DNA from: an uncultured Elusimicrobia bacterium
GTDB taxonomy: Bacteria; Elusimicrobiota; Elusimicrobia; FEN-1173
Length of the DNA: 64,000 nucleotides
Reading direction: 5' to 3'
Assembly (NCBI GenBank): GCA_964482515.1
Contig: CAYZXT010000006.1
Location: 28,521-92,520, forward strand
Below the pieces are notes generated by a model. That model searched no databases. It was not told the origin of the DNA and saw only the letters and a list, made by a program, of their open reading frames with translations. Below are positions 55,715 to 64,000 of the stretch, in pieces; position 1 is the first letter of the stretch; each line of letters opens with the position of its first letter. The position numbers were made by a program, and so were the translations under genes.

Positions 55715-56212
55715 TCAGCGGAAGTTGGTGAACTGAAGGGCCACGCCGAAATCGCCGCTCCGGAGCACGTTCATCGCGGCCTGGAGGTCGTCCTTGGACC
55801 GGCTCGTCACGCGCACCTGGTCCGCCTGGATGGAAGGCGTCACTTTGATTTTCGAATCCTTGATCGCCTTGACCATCTCCTTCGCCTTCTCCGATGAGAT
55901 GCCCTGCGTGATCTTGGCGACCTGCCGGACCGTGGCGCCGAGGGCGACCTCGAGCTTCTGGAAATCGAAGGACTTCAGGGAGATCCCCTGCTTCACGGAG
56001 CGGGACTGGAAGATGTCGATCACGCTTTTGAGCTTGCCTTCGTTGTCCGAGTAAAAGGTGACGGTGTTTTCTTTTTTATCCAATTCCAGCCGGCTGACGC
56101 TTCCTTTGAAATCGAAGCGCGTGGTGATCTCCCGGTTCGCCGTGTTGACCGCGTTGTCCACCGCCTGCAAATCCACTTTTGAAGTAACGTCGAACGAAAA
56201 TTCCTGCGCCAT
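55715..56212 (-). CDS. yajQ: YajQ-family (UPF0234) nucleotide/c-di-GMP-binding protein
   Basis: MAQEFSFDVTSKVDLQAVDNAV ... MVKAIKDSKIKV ... DQVRVTSRSKDDLQAAM ... LQFTNFR is collinear with E. coli YajQ. Confidence 0.88.
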   Translation of the reverse strand: MAQEFSFDVTSKVDLQAVDNAVNTANREITTRFDFKGSVSRLELDKKENTVTFYSDNEGKLKSVIDIFQSRSVKQGISLKSFDFQKLEVALGATVRQVAKITQGISSEKAKEMVKAIKDSKIKVTPSIQADQVRVTSRSKDDLQAAMNVLRSGDFGVALQFTNFR

Positions 56213-56322
56213 TCCATCCTCCTTTGTTCGCCATCCAATAATCAATCATTGATTTTATTTTAACTTGTTTGCTCGCGCCTGCCTACCTGGACGCCCGCTC
56301 AGCCAATAGATATCATCTTCCC

Positions 56323-56577
56323 ATGCCGGACATCCCACTCAAGCAACCGGAACCCGTCGTCCTGCGGATTGAAAAGCGCGTCGGCAAAACCGTCACGATC
56401 ATCGACGGACTTCGCATGCACCCTGACGGTAAATTGGAGCTGTTGTCCAAATTCAAAAAACGCTGCGGCGCCGGCGGGACGCTCAAAGAAGGCAAACCGG
56501 AAATACAGGGCGACCAAAGAACCATCCTCAAAGCCGAGCTGGAAAAACTTGGCTACCGCGTCAAAATCGGAAACTGA
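56323..56577 (+). CDS. yciH: translation initiation factor SUI1/YciH family
   Basis: VVLRIEKRVGKTVTIIDGL ... KKRCGAGGTLKEG.EIQGDQR ... LGYRV matches the SUI1 domain. Confidence 0.82.
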   Translation: MPDIPLKQPEPVVLRIEKRVGKTVTIIDGLRMHPDGKLELLSKFKKRCGAGGTLKEGKPEIQGDQRTILKAELEKLGYRVKIGN

Positions 56578-56810
56578 TTCCCCGTAAAATCAATATCCTG
56601 ACCCTCGCCAAAACACGAGGGCGAATGCACTCGGCTGGTCCAGTGGGCCGGCCTCCGTGCATACGACAAGAACCCCGTTCTCCCCATGCACGAAATCGTG
56701 GCAGGGAAGAACAGGGTTCTGTGTTTAAAGCGGCGCGGAATCGAATCTTCGGCGGCGTGAAGTGAAACGGGTTGCGCGAAGACGCCGGTCCCGACGCTAG
56801 GGGGCTAAAA

Positions 56811-57032
56811 TTAACGGCGGACCATTTTAGCGCGAGAGATATCCCCTTGCTTATCGAGGAAATACAGGAAGCCTTCCTCTTTCTTGATCCCCGCTTTGGA
56901 GACCTTCTGAGGCTTGCCACCTTTCTTCCCCCCGCGGGCCATCTTCGCCCGGGAGACATCGCCCTGCTTATCAATGAAGTAGAGGAACCCTTCTTCGCGT
57001 TTCACTCCGACTTTAGCGACTTTCTGTGCCAT
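56811..57032 (-). CDS. small basic hypothetical protein with an internal tandem duplication
   Basis: Two copies of KV-K-G-K-EEGFLYF-DKQGD-SRAKM (residues about 5-31 and about 43-70). The underlying DNA is a diverged direct repeat of about 114 bp. Confidence 0.5.
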   Translation of the reverse strand: MAQKVAKVGVKREEGFLYFIDKQGDVSRAKMARGGKKGGKPQKVSKAGIKKEEGFLYFLDKQGDISRAKMVRR

Positions 57033-57122
57033 TTTGTTTCACCCCCTTTCATTAATGGGTCTACCGACGTAAATCTGCAGACACTTTATTTATTTTGTGA
57101 CGGAAAAGCAAGCAACGGAAAA

Positions 57123-57371
57123 TTATTTTCCGTTGGAGACGGTTTTTCCTCCGTCGAAAAGCGGCATCTGGGCTTCCTGCGGCAGCGTGATCAGTTGTTC
57201 CCGCAGCCATGAGTCGACGACTTCCTTGGAGAAACGATACTGGCGGCCAATGCGAGAGGCGGGAATTTTCCGCTGACGGATCAATCCATATATCTTGGAC
57301 TTGCCGATGCCCAAATAGTCGGCGAGCTCCTTGATGTCCATCACTTCCTTGAACTTTCCGTCTTGTGCCAT
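57123..57371 (-). CDS. helix-turn-helix DNA-binding protein (excisionase/MerR-like HTH_17 type)
   Basis: MDIKELADYLGIGKSKIYGLIRQRKIPASRIGRQYRFSKEVVDSWL matches excisionase-family HTH proteins. Confidence 0.7.
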   Translation of the reverse strand: MAQDGKFKEVMDIKELADYLGIGKSKIYGLIRQRKIPASRIGRQYRFSKEVVDSWLREQLITLPQEAQMPLFDGGKTVSNGK

Positions 57372-57580
57372 GTTTTATCACCAACAGCTTTCTGTAGCCA
57401 TCGATCTTCATACTATCTAAACATCCTTTTCCTGTCAAGCAAACCGGAATGATTCGTAAAAATACTTTCTTGATCCTCCCCCTGTCGCCGTCCGTGAATT
57501 AATTGTAATATCAATAATTATAATTATTGCTTACGTTCAGACGTTTAGCGGACGATGGGCGATCTTCGAAAGGGACTACA

Positions 57581-58528
57581 ATGCGAAAAAAAATCACGGT
57601 GGTAGGGGCCGGCAACGTCGGCGCCACATTGGCCCAGCGGTTGGCTGAAATGGACTTGGCGGACGTCGTCATGGTGGACATTCCGCAAACGGAAGGGATG
57701 CCCGCCGGCAAGGCGCTGGACATCTCAGAGTCCGCCCCCATTTATGGGTACGACGCGCGTGTGACCGGCGCCACGAATTATGGTCCGACCGAAAATTCCG
57801 ACATCGTGGTGATCACCGCCGGCATCCCCCGCAAACCCGGGATGAGCCGCGACGATTTGCTTAACACCAATGCGGGGATCGTGAAATCCGTGTCCGAGCA
57901 GATCGCCAAGACGTCCCCGAAAGCCATTCTCATCATCGTCTCCAACCCATTGGACGCCATGGCTTACGTGGCCTTAAAAACCACGGGTTTTCCGCGCGAA
58001 CGCGTCATCGGGATGGCCGGCGTGCTGGATTCGGCCCGCATGGCCACCTTTGTGGCTGAAGCATTGCAGGTGTCCGTTGAAGACGTTCAGCCGACTGTTT
58101 TGGGCGGCCACGGCGACACAATGGTCCCCGTGACGCGATACACGACCGTCGCAGGAGTTCCGGTGACGGAATTGATCCCGAAAGACAAACTGGACGCCAT
58201 CGTCCAACGAACCCGGGACGGCGGCGCCGAGATCGTCAAGCTGCTTAAAACCGGTTCTGCCTATTACGCTCCGTCGGCCAGCGTCGCCGCCATGGTTGAG
58301 TCGATCTTGAAGGACAAGAAACGCATCCTCCCCTGCGCCGTGTATCTGGACGGCGAGTACGGCATGAAGGGGGTTTTCCTCGGGGTTCCGACGAAGTTGG
58401 GCGCCAAGGGGATCGAACAGGTCGTCCAGATTTCTCTTAACGCCGACGAGAAAACCGCGTTGCAGAAATCGGGGGACGCGGTAAACGAATTGGTTGAAGC
58501 GATGCGCCGACTCGGCGTCGTCGCCTAA
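57581..58528 (+). CDS. mdh: malate dehydrogenase (LDH-like MDH family)
   Basis: [13 protein letters not shown] Rossmann motif, catalytic region [20 protein letters not shown] and GGHGDTMVP signatures. The real start is the ATG at 57581. Confidence 0.95.
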   Translation: MRKKITVVGAGNVGATLAQRLAEMDLADVVMVDIPQTEGMPAGKALDISESAPIYGYDARVTGATNYGPTENSDIVVITAGIPRKPGMSRDDLLNTNAGIVKSVSEQIAKTSPKAILIIVSNPLDAMAYVALKTTGFPRERVIGMAGVLDSARMATFVAEALQVSVEDVQPTVLGGHGDTMVPVTRYTTVAGVPVTELIPKDKLDAIVQRTRDGGAEIVKLLKTGSAYYAPSASVAAMVESILKDKKRILPCAVYLDGEYGMKGVFLGVPTKLGAKGIEQVVQISLNADEKTALQKSGDAVNELVEAMRRLGVVA

Positions 58529-58670
58529 GGATCGGTCTTTTTTTCAATTCGTACTCCTTCGCGGTCTTGAATCGCGCGAAGGGGCGGGTGAAGCGGCGGG
58601 AACAAGGGCCATGGCGTTCGTCATTTATGTTCGTCGCGAGCGCTCTGCGGCCTCAACATGGCGGGGGGAA

Positions 58671-58886
58671 ATGCCAATGACCACCGAACGGTTGCAATGT
58701 GGTAAACGGGAATACATCCTGGAATCCAGGATCACCAAGAACGGCCATCGTTACATCATGATCACGGAAAAGAGCTCGGGACGATCATCCAAAGTCATCG
58801 TCTTTCACGACCATTATGAAGTGTTCCGTGAAGCGATTGAACGCACCATGGTCGCGGAGCCGCTGCCGGCGGATTCATCCGTCTAA
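58671..58886 (+). CDS. PUR-alpha-like DUF3276 family small nucleic-acid-binding protein
   Basis: KREYILESRITKNGHRYIMITEKSSGRSSKVIVFHDHYEVFREAIE resembles bacterial PUR-alpha repeats (DUF3276). GGGGGGAA RBS before the ATG at 58671. Confidence 0.55.
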   Translation: MPMTTERLQCGKREYILESRITKNGHRYIMITEKSSGRSSKVIVFHDHYEVFREAIERTMVAEPLPADSSV

Positions 58887-58970
58887 GCGCCGTATTTGCG
58901 GATCATCCCCGCGGCGGCCGGCCGTGGGGATGGGGTTTCTTTCACCGACGATTTGATCGTTTTTCCTTTT

Positions 58971-59762
58971 ATGCTCCTCACCATTGATATCGGCAATACA
59001 AACATCGTGCTGGGCGTCTTTCAATTTTCACAGGGACGGCCCAAAAAAGATCTGACGGCATCCTGGCGTCTTTCCACGGCGCCGCGGTGCACGGCGGACG
59101 ATTACGCCTCCCCGCTTTTGACCCTCATGCGGAACACCGGATTGAATCCTTCCCTCGTCCGGGGAGTCTGCGTCGCCAGCGTGGTTCCTTCCCTGGACTT
59201 CGCCTTCCAAAAACTTTCCGAGAAATACTTCGACATCCACCCGCTCATGGTCGGGCCGGACACGCGAACGGGAATCAAAATCCTCTATGCCAACCCGGCC
59301 GAAGTCGGCGCCGACCGGATCGTGAACGCGGTCGCCGCCTACGAGCGGGTCCACGGCTCCTGCATCGTGGTGGATTTCGGAACGGCGACGACTTTCGACT
59401 GCCTGGGGCGTCGGGGAGAGTATTTGGGCGGAGCCATCGCCCCCGGACCTTTCATGGCGGCCGAAGCCCTGGCCCAAAAAACAGCCAAACTGCCCCAGTT
59501 GGGAATCCTCCAAAAACCGCGGAAAGCCGTAGGGCGGACCACCCTTGACAGTCTTCGATCCGGGTTATACCACGGCTATATTGGCCTCACGGAGGGCATC
59601 CTGAGGCAGCTTGTGAAAGAAATGGGCACGCGTCCCAGGGTCCTTGCCACCGGCGGATTGGCGGGTCTTCTCTCCCCGGCCGTTCCGATTATAAAAGAAG
59701 TCCACCCCGACCTAACCCTGGAAGGATTACGGCTTATTTGGATGCGCAATCAACACTCATAA
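58971..59762 (+). CDS. coaX: type III pantothenate kinase
   Basis: MLLTIDIGNTN, GADRIVNAVAA and VVDFGTATTFD motifs of CoaX. Confidence 0.9.
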   Translation: MLLTIDIGNTNIVLGVFQFSQGRPKKDLTASWRLSTAPRCTADDYASPLLTLMRNTGLNPSLVRGVCVASVVPSLDFAFQKLSEKYFDIHPLMVGPDTRTGIKILYANPAEVGADRIVNAVAAYERVHGSCIVVDFGTATTFDCLGRRGEYLGGAIAPGPFMAAEALAQKTAKLPQLGILQKPRKAVGRTTLDSLRSGLYHGYIGLTEGILRQLVKEMGTRPRVLATGGLAGLLSPAVPIIKEVHPDLTLEGLRLIWMRNQHS

Positions 59763-59855
59763 GGAATTAAAATCGCTGTTAATCAATTATTTCTTGGATC
59801 TTACCTTTCTATTTTCATCAAAAATCAACTATTTGATCGGTTAATATGTGTATTT

Positions 59856-59920
59856 TGTGGGCAACTCTGTGGGCAACTGGGACAAATTAATCGTTTCCTG
59901 CATTATAATGCATTTATAAT
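59856..59920 (+). promoter_or_regulatory. putative promoter with a tandem 11-bp direct repeat operator-like element
   Basis: TGTGGGCAACT occurs twice (59856-59866, 59868-59878), directly abutting a TGGACA -35-like hexamer (59879-59884). TATAAT at 59904-59909 and again at 59915-59920. AGAGG RBS about 13 nt before the ATG at 59945. Confidence 0.35.
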
Positions 59921-59944
59921 GTCAAATAGAGGCAAAAGCACCCG

Positions 59945-60934
59945 ATGGCTCCCGCCAAACCCGTTCCTGTCTCCAAATCCTTCCCCACCCCCCATGTGGT
60001 GGTCAGTCGGTGTCTCGGATTCGATGCCTGCCGATACAATGGAGAGCGCATTCCGGATGATTTCGTTGAAAAATTGCGCCCTCACGTCAAATTCACCACG
60101 GTTTGCCCGGAAATCCAAATCGGCCTCGGAGTTCCCCGCGATCCGATCCATTTGGAACTGATTGAAGGACGCACGCGTCTCGTTCAACCCGCGACCGGGA
60201 AGGACGTCACTGAGGACATGAAGGGCTTCGCCGATTCATTCTTTTCGTCCTTACAGGAGTGCGATGGGTTCATCCTCAAAAGCCGTTCCCCTTCCTGCGG
60301 CCTGCGGGACGTCAAACTGCGGCGGGCGAAGGGCGGACAATCCATCGGCCGGGGATCCGGAATGTTCGGCGAAGAAGTGCTGAAAAGGTTTCCCGCCTGC
60401 GCGATCGAGGATGAGGCCCGGCTCAGCAACAAGCGGATCCGGGAAGATTTCCTCACGCGCCTTTTTCTGTGGGCCCGCTTCCGGCAAGTCCGGAAAAGCG
60501 GCTCCATGCGTGCGCTCATTCACTTTCACGCCGACCACAAACTTCTGCTGATGGCTTATCATCCGAAGGAGCTTTCCCTCCTCGGGAACATCGTCGCCAA
60601 CCGGGAAAAGCAAAATCCCGCGGAGGTTATCGCCGCGTATGGATCCCGTCTCGGGACCGCCGTGTCAGCGCCGCCCACAACCGGACGCAACGTGAACGTT
60701 CTCATGCACGCATTCGGGTACGTTTCCAACGACCTGAAACCCGCCGAAAGGATCCATTTCCTCTCGGCCCTGGAAGAATACCGTCGCCGGCGTTTGCCGC
60801 TCTCCGCGCTCCTGGGTATTTTCCAGTCCTGGCTGGCCCGATTCGAACCGGCTTACCTGCAGACCCAGGCTTTCTTTTTTCCTTTTCCCTCCGAACTTGC
60901 GGACATTCAGGATTCGGGCAAAGACCGCCTGTAA
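59945..60934 (+). CDS. DUF523 + DUF1722 (YbbK/YbgA-like) fusion protein
   Basis: N-terminal VVVSRCLGFDACRYNG (DUF523 Cys motif) and C-terminal FLTRLFLWARF...HFHADHKLLLMAYHPKELSLLG (DUF1722-like). Confidence 0.7.
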   Translation: MAPAKPVPVSKSFPTPHVVVSRCLGFDACRYNGERIPDDFVEKLRPHVKFTTVCPEIQIGLGVPRDPIHLELIEGRTRLVQPATGKDVTEDMKGFADSFFSSLQECDGFILKSRSPSCGLRDVKLRRAKGGQSIGRGSGMFGEEVLKRFPACAIEDEARLSNKRIREDFLTRLFLWARFRQVRKSGSMRALIHFHADHKLLLMAYHPKELSLLGNIVANREKQNPAEVIAAYGSRLGTAVSAPPTTGRNVNVLMHAFGYVSNDLKPAERIHFLSALEEYRRRRLPLSALLGIFQSWLARFEPAYLQTQAFFFPFPSELADIQDSGKDRL

Positions 60935-61246
60935 TTTCCCGGGCCCGAGGCGCGACTCTGCCTTTGAATTTCTCCGGCTTCCAGTTTGACGTCCCGTACC
61001 CCAAGAATACGCCGAGGAACACCTGCTACAATTGCCGGACACAAAGAACCGGATCATCCTGCTGGGCGAGGATGAACCTTCCGTCAAGCCTTGCGCGCGT
61101 ATTTAAACGCGGAGCATCCGGAGATCAACTTGAACCATGCCAATATCCAGTGGGCCACCCTGAGCGACATGGAAGACGTCATGCTGATCGAGTCGCAACG
61201 AATAACGGTGAAGATCACCGAGGCCTACCGGCAGAGCGCCGGATCC

Positions 61247-62470
61247 CTACCAACTCCGCTCGACCGTCAGACAAATCCTCCTCACCGCCTCATCCACCCG
61301 CCATCCCGCGGGGTAGAAAATTCCGTCGCCGATGAAATCCCTCTTCGCGATGGAGCCCGCCAAGAACCAGTGCCAGCGTTCGTCGGGCCGGTAACCCGCG
61401 CCCAGGCTGAAGCGCGTCGTCTCCGCCCGCCGGTCCGCGTAAAAGGGCGCGTAATGGAACCCATACTGCAAACTCCACTTCTCCCCGAGCCGCTGATTGA
61501 CTCCCACGCCGACCTCCGTCACGTCGCGCAGGCGCAACGATGAAATCGCGGCCGTTCCGGTCGATGAAATAACCTCGCGGAAGATCGGCTTTAGAGCGGC
61601 GACGCCCGAAGGGATTTTTCCGTTGACCGCGGCCTGTTGCCAAAAAACATGTTTCACATCCACCGCCAGCTCGACCGTTTTTCCATCATTGGGATGAAAA
61701 TTGAACCCGAGGATGCCCTGGGAAGGCAATTGCCACTGTTCCCCGGAACTCTTCCCTTCGCCCACCGGCGAATCCGCCAACTGGAAACTCCTCTCCACCG
61801 CGACCGCCGGACGATACACCGCGCCGACGTTCAGACTGGCGGACGGACGCCAGCGCACGCCGACCTCGCCGGAAAAACCCCTGTAGCGCGCCGTCTCCTT
61901 CACGTCGAGCGAAGGCGCGCCGTTTAGCGGATATTTTCCGAACCGCAGCGTTTCGCGTCCGATCAATTGATAGGCGTTCAGCTTGACGGACAATTTCGAC
62001 CCGAGCGGGACCGAAATCCCGCTTCCGAGTTTCAAGATTTCGCCGGAACCGGTGAAACGGTTTTCCCCGGCAGGCAGGCCCGTGCTGTTGTAGATCCGAT
62101 AGGATGACCGGGCGTTGAAATCCATGACCGGCGCGGCAAACAGCCGCCATTCCCATTTTCTTTTTTTGAAAGGGAGGACCAACGAGACATTCTCCAGCCG
62201 AAAGCGGCTCTCATCGGCCAAGCGCGTTTGCGCCGCGGACTCCGACCACATCTGGCTCGTACCGACATTCGCCGCCGTCAGCGACAGTATCCGCCGCGGA
62301 CCTTCGGGGTGATAATCCGCAACGCCCGCGCCGCCCATGGCCGCGCTCTTGGCGTTCCCCGGTTCCATCGGGTCGCCGAAGACCCTGACCGCGAAATAGC
62401 TGTCGGCGCGAAGCGCCACGAGTCCCACATAGAAAAATAACCCGGATAGAATGAACCTTTTCATGCGCAT
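61247..62470 (-). CDS. putative outer-membrane beta-barrel protein
   Basis: Signal peptide MRMKRFILSGLFFYVGLVALRA. Alternating hydrophobic beta-strand-like pattern and a C-terminal aromatic residue (W). Confidence 0.55.
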   Translation of the reverse strand: MRMKRFILSGLFFYVGLVALRADSYFAVRVFGDPMEPGNAKSAAMGGAGVADYHPEGPRRILSLTAANVGTSQMWSESAAQTRLADESRFRLENVSLVLPFKKRKWEWRLFAAPVMDFNARSSYRIYNSTGLPAGENRFTGSGEILKLGSGISVPLGSKLSVKLNAYQLIGRETLRFGKYPLNGAPSLDVKETARYRGFSGEVGVRWRPSASLNVGAVYRPAVAVERSFQLADSPVGEGKSSGEQWQLPSQGILGFNFHPNDGKTVELAVDVKHVFWQQAAVNGKIPSGVAALKPIFREVISSTGTAAISSLRLRDVTEVGVGVNQRLGEKWSLQYGFHYAPFYADRRAETTRFSLGAGYRPDERWHWFLAGSIAKRDFIGDGIFYPAGWRVDEAVRRICLTVERSW

Positions 62471-64000
62471 CACCCTCCCCACTTGCAGTCCAGCTGGAGG
62501 TGGAATCCCTGCCGGACCGCACCGAAGGCCGACTGTTCCCGGTCCGCCCTGGACGAGCCCGCGGAAAAAAACCTGGATTCTCTCCGGTTGACGTCGTACT
62601 TCAGCCAAAGGTTCCAACTCTTGCCGATCTTCTGTTCGACGATCAAATAGAACCGCGTGCCCGGCGCGCCGCGCAGATCGTTCATGGCGCCGGCCAGGCG
62701 GTTGTAGATCACGCCGTCCCAGATTTCTTCCACGCCCGTGGTCAGGTTCGCGTCGGGCGAATCGAAAGCGTAGAACCGCGCTTTCAAAGTCAGGCCCTCC
62801 GTGGGTTTGTAAAAAGCATCGCCCATCAGGAGCTGCCCGACCGCGCGGGAACCGTCGTCCACGTTTTCCTCCTCCCGCGTTTCATAGCGGAAACGAAGCC
62901 CGGCGGCTTCGCTCCGCCACGACAGCTCGCCGCGGTTGCGGACGGTCCGCTGGCGCGTCGTCAGCATGACGCCGTCCGGGACCGGCGTGCCGAGGCGGTC
63001 TTCCTCCGTGATGAACGTCCGCAGGGTCAAGGCCAGCTCCCGCGTCAAAGCCCAGGTGCCCCGCAGAAAAATCTCCCGCCCCGCGGAAGACGCCACCGGA
63101 AGGCTGCCGTCGCCGCCGCCCAGGCTTTCCGGGAACGACACGGCGCCGTAGTTCGCCTCGCCTTCGAAACGGGGGCCCTGATATTGGAGCCCCGCGGAAC
63201 CGCCGCGCTGGTTGCGCGTCGAATCCGGCAAGAACGCGACGCCCTGGCCGTGCCGCGTAAAAAAATCCGGGTCGTAATCGTAGAAACTCAGCCAAATCTT
63301 CCAGGGGTTCAAATCCAATAACGGCGTCGCGGTCACCGCGCGGGACGCGGTTTCGTTCGCGCCTTCTCCCGAGGGACGAGAGAGCCCCGCCTCGCCGAAC
63401 AGGTTCAACAGGCCAGTGAACAAATCCCAATCGACCCCGGCCATGTCGTTCCGGTTCCCGCGAAAACTTTGCGCCGAGGCGAAGGCGTCGCCGTTGGGAT
63501 CGATCGCGCGGTCGTAGCGGCTGCCGTAGGCCGTCATCCCCATTTTCTGTTTTTGGCCGAACAATAACTCCGCCCGCGCGCCCGCCAATCGCTCGTGTAC
63601 CGCAAGGATGTTCTTCCCTTCGGGGACGTAGCCGTCGCCCGTGAAGGCCCGCAACGAATCCAAATCCTGGGCGACGCGGCCCGTCACGGGATCGACCCGT
63701 AAATCCAAAGGCCTGTCCGAGGCGAAGAAGGAAATCCCCATCCGGCCGAACCGAAGCTCCAGCGCCGCGCCGCGGAGATAGGAATTGAACGAGCTCGTGA
63801 AATCCGGCTCCGAGCCGACGGTCTTCACCTTGACCGGGCGGATGAGCTCGCCCAGCCCGTCGTAAAAAAGCAGCCCCTGCCCGTAGGAGAGCGTGTAGTT
63901 CCCCGCGATGCATTTTTCCAGCGGGCCGAGCCGCGAAAGCTCCAGGGAGCTTTTCGTCATGTGCCGGTCGCCGAGAGACGCAACCGTGACGGGCGGACCG
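62470..64000 (-). CDS. hypothetical protein, probably N-terminally truncated by the window edge
   Basis: The reading frame remains open upstream of the ATG at 63960 through to 64000 (..PVTVASLGDRHM..). Beta-rich, Gly/Asp-rich composition. It lies in tandem with the downstream OMP-like gene. Confidence 0.5.
   Translation of the reverse strand, partial: GPPVTVASLGDRHMTKSSLELSRLGPLEKCIAGNYTLSYGQGLLFYDGLGELIRPVKVKTVGSEPDFTSSFNSYLRGAALELRFGRMGISFFASDRPLDLRVDPVTGRVAQDLDSLRAFTGDGYVPEGKNILAVHERLAGARAELLFGQKQKMGMTAYGSRYDRAIDPNGDAFASAQSFRGNRNDMAGVDWDLFTGLLNLFGEAGLSRPSGEGANETASRAVTATPLLDLNPWKIWLSFYDYDPDFFTRHGQGVAFLPDSTRNQRGGSAGLQYQGPRFEGEANYGAVSFPESLGGGDGSLPVASSAGREIFLRGTWALTRELALTLRTFITEEDRLGTPVPDGVMLTTRQRTVRNRGELSWRSEAAGLRFRYETREEENVDDGSRAVGQLLMGDAFYKPTEGLTLKARFYAFDSPDANLTTGVEEIWDGVIYNRLAGAMNDLRGAPGTRFYLIVEQKIGKSWNLWLKYDVNRRESRFFSAGSSRADREQSAFGAVRQGFHLQLDCKWGG

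Noticed and set aside
58529-58670. Possible terminator after mdh (GATCGGTCTTTTTTT and CCTTCGCG...CGCGAAGG hairpin)
   Set aside because: The T-run is not directly preceded by a stable stem, and the 8-bp hairpin lacks a U-tract, so this is not called as a classic intrinsic terminator. It may still be structural.

Overview
This is a high-GC (about 62-65%), densely coding bacterial chromosomal segment, transcribed mostly from the minus strand. It carries no rRNA, tRNA, CRISPR array or recognisable IS/transposase.

Housekeeping genes I can recognise:
- eno, with an ftsB-like gene downstream
- a PGM/PMM-family mutase
- ilvD, folD, panE, mdh, coaX, nth, trmL, yajQ, yciH/SUI1
- a PduO-type adenosyltransferase
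- a ComEC gene followed by a GlcD/E-GlcF-like FAD/Fe-S oxidase
- an HpnC/HpnD/HpnE-like squalene synthesis cluster with an adjacent HAD hydrolase
- tandem PAP2 phosphatases and two sulfatase-family membrane proteins
- SWIB and SEC-C domain proteins
- a low-GC islet with a HEPN/MNT toxin-antitoxin-like pair

The main novelty is two paralogous giant ORFs. One is 13.6 kb (4522 aa, minus strand, 6285-19853). The other is 5.7 kb (about 1902 aa, plus strand, 44117-49825). They share a roughly 600-aa signal-peptide-bearing N-terminal module with paired G-x-x-H-type motifs, which I read as TIKI/TraB/GumN-like (inference).

The larger protein also contains:
- clusters of transmembrane helices
- at least two dynein/MoxR-type AAA+ modules (one canonical Walker A GSPGTGKS plus Walker B LLVLDE, one degenerate)
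- two HExxH motifs and a lipase-like alpha/beta-hydrolase motif
- four tandem repeats of about 265 aa that look leucine-rich-repeat-like, encoded by lower-GC DNA with near-identical 90-200 bp cores

The smaller protein embeds a clear NadD-like nucleotidyltransferase domain (HxGH motif) between transmembrane clusters. I read them as a candidate envelope-spanning, ATP-driven giant surface/effector protein pair of unknown function.

All calls come from reading the six-frame translations and motifs by eye. No database search was run.
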